A stretch of 64,000 nucleotides of DNA from Octopus sinensis (GCF_006345805.1 NC_043004.1:79050001-79114000); one strand, 5' to 3'; positions 38,534 through 51,313 are shown, counted from the stretch's first letter. Notes: a model not told the origin generated them from the sequence alone. Program-made: numbers and translations.

Positions 38534-38880
38534 GGAGGCGCAATGGCCTAGTGGTCAGGGCAGCTGACTTGCGGTCGTAGGATCGCGGTTTCGATTCCCA
38601 GACCGGGCGTTGTATGTGTTTATTCAACGAAAACACCTAAAGCTCCACGAGGCTCCTGCAGGGGGTGGGGTGGCAAACACTGCTGTACTCATTCACCACA
38701 ACTTTCTTTCGAAGGGCCAGCCTTTTCACACACTGTGTCACGCTGAATCTCCCCGAGAACTACGTTAACGGTACACGTATCTGTGGAGTGCTCAGCCACT
38801 TGCACATTAATTTCACGAGCAGGCTGTTCTGTTGATCGGATGAACTGGAACCCTCGTCGTCGTAACCGACGCAGTGCCAC
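38534..38880 (+). mobile_element. tRNA-derived SINE family B head with a different 3' tail
   Basis: GGAGGCGCAATGGCCTAGTGG (A box)...GGTTTCGATTCCC (B box), then a non-tRNA body ending gtcgtaaccgacgcagtgcc. Confidence 0.85.
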
Positions 38881-39220
38881 GACGATATTTAAATCAGTCG
38901 CAGCATTTTGATTTCCAGTATAAATCTTTTCCTCCACATGAAATGGGTAACCCATCGCATTTAGATTAATTAAAACGACTTTTTTAATGTACTATTATCA
39001 TTTGTTCATTTATTACCTACGGTCACAACGCCCGCAATTAATAAAATCCATTCAACGGTGTTTTGGGACAGTCGGGCCCTTTTCTTCAAGTTATTTTCAT
39101 TTTGAAATTTTGCTTTGTTTCTTTTATAACTTTCGAAACCTTTTTCTGTTTTTGCCTATGTTTATTAAATATGTTTGACCATTTAAAACAATGTTAATCC
39201 CTTGTGTTTATATTTAACAG

Positions 39221-39292
39221 GGCACGCCCGGTCCTCCTGGCCCCACTGGCCCTTCTGGTCCACGTGGTTTATTGGGATTACCTGGTTTAAAG
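39221..39292 (+). CDS. Collagen exon GTPGPPGPTGPSGPRGLLGLPGLK
   Basis: atttaacag|GGC...AAG|gtgaga; 72 nt. Confidence 0.96.
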
Positions 39293-39806
39293 GTGAGATC
39301 AATTTTCTTTCTATAAACCAAAATTAAAGTTTTAGTACTTTTGTAGACTTGGACTTCATAAATCTTGTCCTAATCAGTAAAAACGACTCTCCATAATTTA
39401 CAACTGTAGGTGTAGTTATTATTTCTGCAATATTTACGACAATTAATGCAAAATAAAAAGCAAAGTTAGTGTAAAACGAATCAATAAAAGATGAAACGTG
39501 TTTTGATACTGACAATTGGAGTTTAGGCTTAAATATTGATTCCTTACGAAGACAAAAGGTCACAAATTGAAGCTAGAAAGACAGTTCATTATTAAGAGCC
39601 CAATACTTTGTTTTACCGACCCTGGGAGTATGAAAGGCAAAATTGACCTTAGTGGGATCTGAACTTAAAATGTAGAATAATTACCGCGAAGCATTTTGTC
39701 CAGTGCTTTAATGGTTTCGCTTATCCATTGCTTTTATATTCTAATATAGGCACACTGCCAGAAATTTCGAGGCAGGTGAGGTGTTGGTAATATAGACCCT
39801 AGTAAA

Positions 39807-40190
39807 GGCGGCAAGCTGGCAGAGTCGTTAGCACAGCTGGCGAAATACTTAGCGGTATTTCGTCTGCCTCTACGTTCTGAGTTCAAATTCCGCCGAGGTC
39901 GACTTTTCCTTTCATCCTTTCGGGGTCGATTAAATAAGTACCAGTTACGCACTGGGGTCGATATAATCGACTTAATCCGTTTGTCTGTCCTTGTTTGTCC
40001 CCTCTGTATTTAGCCTCTTGTGGGCAGTAAAGAAATAGGTATTTCTGGGTTCTATTCCGCCGAGGTCAACTGTGACTTTCATCCTTTCGGGGTCGATAAA
40101 TTAAGTACCAGTTGCGTACTGGGGTCGATGTACTCGACTGGCCCCCACCCCAAAACTTTCGGGCCTTGTGCCTAGAATAGAAAAGAATAT
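39807..40190 (+). mobile_element. Dimeric SINE A (full monomer plus head-truncated monomer with alternative tail), inserted in an older minus-strand SINE
   Basis: Junction gtaaagaaata|ggtatttc at 40037; diverged TSD atagaccctagta / ataggccccggta. Confidence 0.85.
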
Positions 40191-41749
40191 AGGCCCCGGT
40201 ACTTGACGAGTACTCTATTTCATTGACAACAGAAGGTTGAAATGTAAAGTTGATCATGGCAGGATTTGAACTCTAAACGTAAAGAATCGAAACCGATATT
40301 GCACGTCATTTTGTTCGATTTTTTACCAATCCTGCTCACTTATTTAAATTATTGAATAAGCCCATGGCCAGAAATTTGGAAATAAGGAATAGTTGATTAA
40401 ATCAACTCCAGTATTTTATCGGTATTTTTTATCATCTAGTTCCAAATGTTAAAAGGTGAATTTGTCTCTGGCAGGCTCTTAACTCAAAATCAGATCAAAT
40501 GCGCCATGGTGATTTGTACGAGGCGCCAACGATATTGACAATCCACCACCCATTAGTCGTAAATAATAAATCATTTTTTATCTCTAAAAATGAAGTTAAT
40601 AGTTCGAAAAATAACAATCGTACTTAGAAAGGTTCCACATATTTCTCTTAGTTTTAGTTTGAGGTTTGCTCATATTTACAAAAAACCCATTTAACAGTGA
40701 CACACTGGCTTCTTGAAGATGAAGTGTAACGTGATATTCAGTAACAATGAAATATTTTGTAATGTGGTTTCCAAATTTACTTTTTAATAATACGCCTCAA
40801 GAAAATCTGAATGGATATTTTTAGAAAAGTTCAACCTCTTAACTTCTCATTCATTTAGTTTCGATGTTTTTTTTTTCTTCAAATAATTTGCCCGATTCGT
40901 TAATAAACTTCCTTCATAAGTATCAGTTGCAAATAAATTTTTCAAATAGAGTGCCCTAAATGTCGACGTTACATTATTACTATCAAATATCAAATATTTC
41001 GCAACGAAATATCCTCGGATTTCGAAGACATTTACATAAAACTTCTGTTTGGGCTACACCAATTTTTAGCAGCCCATTTTATCGCGTTCAGATTTATTAA
41101 GGCATGAAGACTATATTAACATCATGTGTGTGTGTGTGTGTAACGCCAAAATATATTAGGCATAACGCAGACATGCAGTTATAGAAAATATTTCTATTTT
41201 CATGCGTTTCGTTTGAATTGTAAGAAAATATATTCCTTGGGGAATGTAATGAAAATTTAGGTTATATTTGTGGTGTTTTATAATCGGATGTGAATGAGGG
41301 AATAACGACCGTTTCTTGCTTATTTGATTTCTAGCGATAAGCTGCTTAGTCTGTATGAATAATAATTATGTTAGTGTTAAAATATTTAGTGCAAAGTGCA
41401 TAATAATTATGCATTGAGGCAAACCATTAATACTCAATGGAGTAATATTATTTTTACTTTGTCGGCAACTACGGGAGACAACTACGGTTATGTTTAAGCC
41501 TTGTTTTGACTTCATCAGCTAAGCATTGCATTTAATATGCTTATCGAGAGGACGACGAAGGAATAAAATGAATATGCAATATTGTACATTGGTTAGGTAT
41601 AGAATAATAGAATTTTTAGGAGAGTAAATAATTTAGAGACGATGTCTTCATGGACGAAAATATTAAATACACGCATATGGTCATTTCAAAGATACATATG
41701 AAACATACCTGTGCGCATACATACATTTGCATCGTTAGCACATCCTTCG

Positions 41750-43660
41750 TTGTGTCAGCAGACTTTTGCTCTTCTTGCAGAAATTTTATGCTTAAAAACC
41801 ATTTTGTGGATAGAAAATTAATTTAAAATAAATTTGCTCTATTAATACCTGTTTTGCTTTTGTGAGCTGATCTGTGGATTTTTATCAGATTTTCGCATTA
41901 AAAAATATTTTTTCTTACATTATATTTGTTTTCTGTTTTTTACCAGACCTTTTGTTTTTTACTAGTAATTTTAATTGGTTGGTAAACTTTTTCTGTGTTA
42001 GCAATACTTTGCTGTATTAGGAGAACTCTTTGATTTAGGAGACCTTTTCTGGTAGCAGAAATTGGTTTTTTTAGCGGTTATATGTTCTGGCAGCACGTCC
42101 CTTGTTCTGTTAACAGACCTTAGCGTGCTAGCAGAAAGTTTGTGTTTGATGTCTGTTTTGTTAGTAAACATTCATTTTGTAGCACATCTTTGCTCTTTTA
42201 GCATCTCCATTACTTTGTTAGCAAAAATTTTAAGTTCCTTCTTATTCTTTGCAGATTTTTACAGTTAACACAGTGTTTTCTTTTAATACAGCTTTGTTGA
42301 TTTGTTTACTTTAGCAAATATTTGTTGTTAGCGTTTGCTGTTGCAGCAGACCTTTGTTCTCGTAACAACTAATTTTTCATTCTAGTAGACCTGCTCTGTT
42401 GCTATTTTAGCTGTCATTTATAGTGATAGTAACTGACATTTGTATATCTTTGTTTATTTCCGGAGTCCTTTTTACCCTGTTAGTACCACAATTTTGTTGA
42501 CGGACCTTTGCAGTATTTGCAGACTTTTGTCTTTAAATCCTTCGTTTTGTTGGCAGAACATATTTTTTTAAATTTCATATTTAATTTATTCAGCAAGGCA
42601 AACATTTTGTCCAACATGCTGTGTTAACATCATTTTTCTTTTGTGAGAAATCATTTGCAGTTTTTTCAGATTCTTCTATTAAAAAAGAAAGAATATCTTT
42701 TTGATAGCTGAGATTAGTAATTTTTAACAAAAATTTCGTCTTTTAAATGTATTTTTTTATTTTTTAGTTGGCCTTTATCGTGTTAGCAATTTATTTTCTG
42801 TGCTGGGGAGAAATTTATTTTATAAGATTTTCTGGTAGCAGAAATTGATTTTTAGAAGACGTTTGCTCTAGTAACATCTCATATGAATTGTTTGCACACT
42901 TTTGCTTTGTTAGCATAAATTTTGTGTTTGATGCCCTTTTTGGTAGCAAAATTTGTTTTTCACTACACATTTGCTCTTTTAACAGCTCCATTGCTTTGAC
43001 AGTTGAATTTTTTTCATCTAGAGACATTCTTTTTGTTCGCAGTTTCTTTCAGAAGACCTTTGATCTTTTAGCACTATTTTAGGTTTATTAGCTGACTTTT
43101 TATCGTGTTAGCAGACTGTTTGCCATATAGGAAGAACTTTTTGTAATAAAAGGCCATTTTTTTGGTTGCACAAATTAGAAGTTTTAGTAGGTGCTTAATC
43201 CGGTAACACCTCGTTTGTTGCATGACCTATGCTCTGTTACATCCGACTTTGTTCTTTAGCGGAAATTAGTTGTTTGTTAATGCACTTTAGTTTTTGTGCA
43301 TATTTCTATTATTATTATATCTTTGATTTTTCGCAGACCTTTTCGCAGACTTTTCCCTGTTCGCACCTCATAATTTCGCTATCAGACCTTTGCTATGTTG
43401 ACAGATTTCTGTGTTTAAAGGCCTTTGCTTCTCTTTGCTAACATTTGTTTAGCAAGCAAACTGTTGATTTCTTAGCATTTCCCTCGTTTTGTTCGAGGAC
43501 TTTTTTGTAATTTAAACATTTTTGCTGTGTTAGAAGTAATTTTGCCTGCCAGACTTCTGTTCTGGTTGCGAAAATTGGATGCTTTTGCAGATTTTTTCTT
43601 CGTTAGTGAGTCATTTGTTGTTTTAGCAGACTCTTGCTTTGCAGCAGAACATTTAGGTCT
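41750..43660. repeat. Degenerate T-rich satellite-like tract (recurrent TAGCAGA(C/A)...TTTG motif)
   Basis: The motif recurs dozens of times. Blocks at about 42040-42230 and 42825-43010 are similar. Strong T-over-A strand skew. Confidence 0.6.
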
Positions 43661-43896
43661 TATACATACATACATACATACATACATATACCTTCTGTCT
43701 ATTAAAAATAATAATAAATAAATATATATACACTCGTGTATAAAGCTCTATTTATTCTCTTCCTTCTACATACATACATATGTATGTATGTATATGATGT
43801 TTGTATCTTTATAGGAAAGCGAATGAATATCATATCGCTAAAATCGCGTCAAGATAAGCTTTAATTGCACTAAATGTCGATGTTATTATTTTGTAG

Positions 43897-43941
43897 GGTA
43901 CCAAAGGTACACCTGGACTGAAAGGTGGTCGAGGTGATAAG
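43897..43941 (+). CDS. Collagen exon GTKGTPGLKGGRGDK
   Basis: attttgtag|GGT...AAG|gtaagt; 45 nt. Confidence 0.95.
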
Positions 43942-44226
43942 GTAAGTCAAGTATTAAAATATTGTTATACATGTGCGTTTGTCTGGATGTTTATTAGTAA
44001 TTCATCTAAGAAAGAGCTTTCAGTTTTTTATCAAATCTTAAGCGCCAATATATCTTCGGATCAATTAAACAACTTATGAATCGAAGTAGTTGATTTAATT
44101 AAGATCACGAAGATGCTTTCTTACAAACAGCATTTTTAGTTTTGACATTGGGCTTTCAATATATGAACATTCGTTAGTGTACTGTCACACACACACACAC
44201 GCTCACATACACACACGCACACATAC

Positions 44227-44273
<47 letters not shown>

Positions 44274-44278
<5 letters not shown>

Positions 44279-44538
44279 TAATCAATGAAACTCCAATTTA
44301 GTCTGATTTTCACGTTTTATTATTTGCAACTTTTACAATTTTACAATTTTGCAATTTTACAATCTTGTCAATTGTGGAAGAACGACTGTCTCTACAGAAA
44401 CCAGATGACTGCGCAACGTATGAAAGTTTTAGTTTATTTATTTCAATATTGTAAAATAGCGAAATTGTAAAATCGTAAAAGTTGCTAAATAACAAAACAT
44501 GAAAATAAGACTAATTTGGAATTTCATTGATTAATATA
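44274..44538. mobile_element. About 265-bp MITE with about 90-bp inverted arms
   Basis: atattaatcaatgaaactccaatttagtctgattttcacgtttt... matches the reverse complement of ...aaaacatgaaaataagactaatttggaatttcattgattaatat. Confidence 0.85.
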
Positions 44539-45456
44539 TCAGGTCATCCCATAAGTTCTGTCCGATTTTGCCTTTTTTTAAATTGAATGAAATTTAATAG
44601 TATTTTAGAATGTCTGATAGAATTAAAAACTATTTTTATGCATTTGTGTACATTTAAACTAATTAAATATTATTTTACAGAATAATAGAATGAAAATTTC
44701 TTTGATTAAAACCATTTCTAACATGGAAGTATCCAAAGAGCATTTGAGGCACGTAATGATTTATGAGTACAAAAAAGAAAACTCTGCAGCCAAAGCGACT
44801 CGAAACATACACTCAGCTAATGGGAAAGAATGCTTGAATGAAAGAAGTTGCAGAAGATGGTTTGCAAAATTCAGAAGTGGAGATTTCAGCTTTGAAGCTG
44901 AAGATCGAGCAGGACGTTCAGTTGAGTTTGATGATAAACTCCTTGAGGCATCACTTGAAGAAAATCCTGCATTGTCAGTTGAGGAATTGGCAATAAAGCT
45001 TAGTTCAAATCATTCAACTGTTCATCGTCATCTTCAACAACTTAGAAAGGTTCCTAAACTTGGAAAATGAGTGCCTCGTAAATTGTCCGAAAACAACCGC
45101 AAATCCCGAGTTGACACCTGCTCTTCTCGAAGAGATTGGTTGGGAAAAAATTCTTCATCCACTATATTCTCCTCACCTTGCTTCTTCAGACTACCATTTG
45201 TTTCGTAGTTTACAGAATCATTTCGGGGACATAACTTTCGCAAGCCAGGAGGATGTCGAAACTGACATTTCAGAGTTCTTCGCTTTGAAACCAAAAGAGT
45301 TTTACATCGATGGGATTAAAAAGCTTGTAAATAGATGGAAGGAAGTCATAGATAATCAAGGAAAGTACATTGGTGATTAAATTTCAATTAAATATAACAT
45401 TTGATCACTTGTTTTTTTTTTTTCGAAATTCGTACAGAACTTATGGGATGACCTAA
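44539..45456 (+). mobile_element. Mariner (Mos1/mellifera-like), internally deleted, 918 bp
   Basis: TIRs t(c/t)aggtcatcccataagttctgt(c/a)cga with TA TSD. ATG at 44723 (MEVSKEHLRHVM...RRWFAKFRSGD). W-to-TGA in the WVP motif and deletion of the catalytic core; C-terminus HPLYSPHLASSDYHLFRSLQN...GKYIGD* ends at 45380. Confidence 0.93.
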
Positions 45457-45941
45457 TATTATTCTACACACAATCGTACAAACTCAGATGGATATATATA
45501 TATATATATTATATATATATGTGTGTGTGTGTGTGCGCGCGTTAAGTAAAGACCCGCATTAGAGTCCTCACTCGTATCATTATCGAACTAAGAGTTTAAC
45601 CACGATCCTTCCATAGCACTTACATAGTGTTACCTGCCACCTTGGGTCTTCTGGATGCCAATACCCCTCATATATATATATATATATTCCACAGAGAGAA
45701 AAAGACATTATTTTATAACTGTAGTAGCACAGTGACGGCCATAGACATATGTATGTTTGAGTGTGTTCATGTGTTTTATGAGCACTCACAAGATATACCA
45801 ACAAAACACGATTGTCATGCCTGAATCAACTTTGATCAGTTAACAAACACACAAACATCCATAATACATATTCACACACAGAAATACGTTTCATTTACGT
45901 TTCTACACTTGCCCCAACGTACTGTTTCCCTCATTACCTAT

Positions 45942-45991
<50 letters not shown>

Positions 45992-46228
45992 ATGTTTATA
46001 TTTCAATATTTCTCTTGCTTTCGGTGTACATGAGAGTAGAATGACTCCACTGTGTCTGTAAGAAAAAAATTATCCTTAGAAATCGATACATAAAGGAGGC
46101 GTGTAGCTATTGTAAGCGTATGAATTTACATACGTTTATATATATAGCTATGTATATGCGTGTTTCTGTGTGTATGTGTATACTTGTTTGTGCATCTATG
46201 TATGCCTGTATATATCATATGTGTACAC

Positions 46229-46288
<60 letters not shown>

Positions 46289-46421
46289 TAATGTTTGTTT
46301 TTATGTTACGATATAATAAAAACTATAAATACGAATATATTATTCTTAAACAAGCATATCATTATAATATCCTTGTTTAAGAATAATGTGTGCGTGCGTG
46401 CGTGTGTGTATGTGTGTGTAT

Positions 46422-46460
<39 letters not shown>

Positions 46461-46860
46461 ATCATTCAGTTTTATTTAAAGATTTCTTGCCAATAGAGAA
46501 AGAGCCGGTTTCTAACCTAGATTCAAGGCTCCTTCATTGAAATTTTAACATTTATGTTTGTATGTATGTATAATGATATGTATAATGATACCGTTTATCA
46601 ATAAACTGCTAACATACGTACAAGTACAAACACAATGCAAAGAAAAAAATAGTAACCGAGATTGAAATAAATAGACCGTAAGTAAACAAGTCAAAATAAA
46701 GAGAAATCTATTAAAGTAGAAAATGAGGGGGAGATAGGGAGCGAGAGAAAGGAAGAGAGAGTTTGTGCTGCTGTCTACCTTTTGTTCGTCAGATTTTATA
46801 GGTGTAGAGTGTTTATTGTACTGAAGGTAATTTGTGTGTTTTTTTTTATAAATATAATAG

Positions 46861-46914
46861 GGAGAACCAGGAGAAATTGGATTTCCCGGAAAGGACGGAA
46901 TCGATGGCCCACGT
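46861..46914 (+). CDS. Collagen exon GEPGEIGFPGKDGIDGPR
   Basis: atataatag|GGA...CGT|gtgagt; 54 nt. Confidence 0.95.
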
Positions 46915-47299
46915 GTGAGTAAACCTTTGCAATTTTTAAGTATATATGTATGTACGAACCTTGTTTTGTTTTTTTTTATTGAAATACTAACACTGTTAAT
47001 GTGACGAACACAAGACATCTATAATTAATCAAGACTATACCTGAAGGAAGAGGGGTCATTACTGAGCGATGCTGAATTTAACCAAACAGCGACAAGGGTG
47101 ACAATCAAAATACAAAATAATTATTCAAGGTTTTGCAGCAACGGGGTACCAGTTGATTAAAATTGGAAGCAGGCAATGCTGTAACGAGTAGAATAATCTC
47201 GAATTTGGCAGATGCAATGGTATCTCCAGACATGCTTCTGTCTTGTTAAAACTCGTCAACGATGATAAATCATTCATGTGTTTGCTAGACTGATAAGAG

Positions 47300-47867
47300 A
47301 CAGGAAGAAAGAGTATTTGTATTACAATATGTGGACACAGCATGGACGACAAGTTAGGAAACGCACTTCGCAACCTCGAGTCCCAGATTCGATAATATCA
47401 TGTGATATCTTGGGCCATTTTTAGAACCTCTTGTCAGCTGTTATCTTGTGAGTGAAATTTGGTCGATGGAAATTACTTTCGGATCTTAATAAGAAATGCT
47501 CGGCTCGACATATCAAGAACGACGTGGTTTTACAAAGAAGTTATCGTACAAGGTTGACGTGGACTTACAATAGATACTCGACCATGTGCTCTGCATGTAT
47601 CCTCGGAGGACACAATGAAATCCTCTCTCGAGTGAAATTTGCAAAGGTTGTATGAGGTGAGACAGACCTGTAATAACTTGGTTAAGAACTATGAAGAAAG
47701 ATACATTATTTACATTCGACGGATATTTGTCCTCACCTTGTTTGTTGGTAATGAAAACCCAGGTTCGAAATTTCCCCAAGACACCTGAAGAAGGCTGGAG
47801 GGTATATCAGCCGAAACGTTGTGTTAACAACAAACAAGATGAGGACAAATATTCGTCGAATGTAAAT
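47300..47867 (+). mobile_element. Penelope-like element 3' remnant (decayed GIY-YIG-like motif plus inverted terminal segment with hammerhead)
   Basis: Frameshifted QYVG..GRQVRKRTSQ near 47325; 44-bp inverted repeats (47708-47751 and 47824-47867) enclose the hammerhead. Confidence 0.5.
47780..47825 (+). ncRNA. Minimal type-I hammerhead motif, intact core, sense to collagen pre-mRNA
   Basis: GACAC-CUGAAGA-A-GGCUG-(10 nt)-CAGCC-GAAA-CG-UU^GUGUU. Stem I is 5 bp, stem II is 5 bp, stem III is the ACGU palindrome. Confidence 0.65.
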
Positions 47868-48243
47868 AATGTGAATAATGTACATAATTCCTCATCTCTT
47901 AAATATAGAACTGTATTATGAAGAAAGATATTGGAGACTCATTGACAGGACTTTCGACTATGCCAGATGAAATTTTCTCGTCATTGAGAGTAGAAGGAAC
48001 TAAACTAAGTCACAGTGACAACTACGGATACCTTTTGATCTCAAATGACTGGCTTTGGAGCAAATAATCTGTTATTCTTCCAATAATCTGTTAAACAACT
48101 TCCAAATCGAGTTAAGCAAAATCACTGAAAAATCAGGTCTTGCTATGACCCAAAATATACTAAACAAACCTTATATTGTTGTATTAACATGACTTAACTT
48201 GGCGAGTTAGTAGAATCGATAGAACGTCATCAAATTATTTGAT

Positions 48244-48595
48244 AGTTTGAAATAGTTGGTATGTATTTAGAAACCCATCGTCTGTATATCCATCTTTGTG
48301 TGTGTGTGTGCGTTTTTCCTGTGCCTAATTACCCTTCTTATATAAGGGATTAAATTACTATTTTATTGTGCAGATCTGGCGTTTGGAATGTGATTATACA
48401 ATCGTCTAAGTAACGATTACTGGGTAACATACTTATATTCGCTAGTCAAATACGTGTAAAGATTATATAATTTATCATATGAATTAGTTCTCTTGCTTTA
48501 TTGTACTGTCGAACACACACACACACACAACACACACACACACAGATGGATTTACAGACGATGGGTTTCTAAATACATACCAACTATTTCAAGCT
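48244..48595. mobile_element. Element with about 60-bp terminal inverted repeats (MITE-like)
   Basis: agtttgaaatagttggtatgtatttagaaacccatcgtctgta.atccatct(GT)n and its reverse complement. Confidence 0.8.
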
Positions 48596-48813
48596 ACCTT
48601 TTTCATTCGCTCGCAAGGCGTCGATATTGAGCTACAGTTAAAGAGGCTTTACCACTGTATCATGCAGTAGGACAGAACCCGGAACCACGTGGCTGTGAAA
48701 TGAACTTCTTACCCATACTGCCATGCGTACACCTTTTTTTTATTTAAACATATTTTGAGATCATATATTTTTGTCTTTGTATATATATATATATGGATAT
48801 ATTTTAATTTCAG

Positions 48814-48867
48814 GGCAGAGATGGAACTGAGGGATCCAAAGGTGAACAAGGAACGAAAGGTGAAGTT
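48814..48867 (+). CDS. Collagen exon GRDGTEGSKGEQGTKGEV
   Basis: ttaatttcag|GGC...GTT|gtaagt; 54 nt. Confidence 0.95.
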
Positions 48868-48924
48868 GTAAGTTGAAATATATTCGTTACTTTGCATTTC
48901 AGTAGCTCATTATACATGTCTCAA

Positions 48925-49000
<76 letters not shown>

Positions 49001-49004
49001 CATC

Positions 49005-49410
49005 CATCCTACCCACACCAATCTCTTCATCCCCTACTCCCAGTTACTCCATCTACGCAGGCTCTGCAGTGAGGACCATGGAGACTCAGTCTCAACTCAT
49101 GGCTCAGTCACTTCACTCTTCGTGGATATCCTCTCAAACATTATTCACACTGCCCTTGCCCAGGCACGATCTGTAGACCGTGCTTCTGCTCTTACTCCTC
49201 AAACACGACTCACCCTTACCCAGCAACTCCTGTCCGACCCTTCCATTTCGTACATTCTCCGAGCCTTCCAGCAACTCCTGTCCGACCCTTCCATTTCGTA
49301 CATCTTCCCTAACCCACCCCTTTCCTCCTTCAAACGAGCGCATAACCTGCGTGGCCTCTTGTTCCACAGTTTCTTTCCTCCCAGCCTGGCTCCTTCCCCT
49401 TCTCGCCCAC
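49005..49410 (+). mobile_element. Penelope-like (Neptune-type) RT thumb/linker fragment
   Basis: HPTHTNLFIPYSQLLHLRRLCSED, RGYP (after a frameshift), ALAQARSVDR, LLSDP..IFPNPPLSSFKRAHNLRGLL; internal tandem duplication of about 36 bp. Confidence 0.8.
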
Positions 49411-50226
49411 GTGCATTGGGTGTCAATGTAATTGACTTCATCCCTTTGTCTGTCCTTGTTTGTCCCCTCTATATTTATCCCCCTGTGGGCAATAAAGAAA
49501 TAAATATATACACACACACGTAACACGCATAGACACGTAACTTTCGCCCACAAACATAGACTATACATATGCACACTATATGGACACAGACACACACACA
49601 CGTGCCCACGTGCACACACAACTTGAACAAGCATCCATCAGCTGCTAAGTACATGCGTTTGCACAGGCACGCACGCACCCCCATACACACACGCGTTACC
49701 CTCGTACATATACACACGTCCATGCACATACTCACACATATACACACGTCCTTACGTGCGCACATGCACAAACATAAATACACATTACTCTACACAACAC
49801 ACACACTAGGTTACTTGTACACATACACACAAGCCCATGCGTTTAGTACAGTCACATGATAACTGCACATATACGTATACACAGCCATATGTACACACAC
49901 ATACATACCACTACATGTAAGCATATAACCCCACATAATATGCGCACTGAGTCACTTACGCACATACACACACACAGATCTACATATTTTTCAGCTCGCC
50001 CAGACAAACATATTCACACATTCCAATTCATATATACACACTCACACACACCATTCTCATATACACGCGCGCACGAGTGAGTAAATACGTTCGACCGGGT
50101 CACCGTCATTATCTCCCTTTCATTCAGCCTCTTCTAGCTATTTCATTATGTTGAACCATTATTCCCTACGCATTTTCCCGCTCCATTTCTTTTTCATTCT
50201 CCTTCATTTTTTTTCCCTTCTTAATC

Positions 50227-50262
50227 CTTTCTGTCGAAGAGCGTAGGCTCGAAACGTAAAAG
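50227..50262 (+). ncRNA. Minimal hammerhead-like motif (A6U core variant)
   Basis: CUUU-CUGUCGA-A-GAGC-GUAG-GCUC-GAAA-CG-UA^AAAG; stem I is 4 bp and perfect; lies downstream of a Penelope RT fragment. Confidence 0.55.
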
Positions 50263-50374
50263 ACTTTACCATTTTTCCAGAGCTTTAAACTAACACATCT
50301 GCTTGCTGTTCCTCTTTTGTCTTCATCTTTTGTTTCCTGTTAATTTGAACTATGTGTGTGTTTGTGTTGTTCAT

Positions 50375-51070
<696 letters not shown>

Positions 51071-51197
51071 TGTGTATATAAAGGACTGAGATTTTAGATC
51101 GTCTCTCATATTTTTAACGTTACAATCCTTTAATCACGGTATTAGACCTCGTATTCCTTCTAAATAACTGATTTCTATTCCTTTCGTCTTTATTTAG

Positions 51198-51251
51198 GGT
51201 CCTGAAGGACCGAGAGGTCTACCTGGAATCACTGGTCATAGAGGATCACGT
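51198..51251 (+). CDS. Collagen exon GPEGPRGLPGITGHRGSR
   Basis: ctttatttag|GGT...CGT|gtaagt; 54 nt. Confidence 0.95.
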
Positions 51252-51313
51252 GTAAGTATACATATATATTTACTACATACATACATACATACATACATAC
51301 ATACATACATACA

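Noticed and set aside
38534-38605. tRNA genes here and at 57037-57110 and 38100-38172
   Set aside because: A and B boxes are present, but there is no proper acceptor stem and the sequence runs into repeat bodies. These are SINE heads.
42815-43687. K/N/A-rich minus-strand ORFs
   Set aside because: Explained by the T-rich skew of the degenerate repeat; short, with no domain or splice structure.
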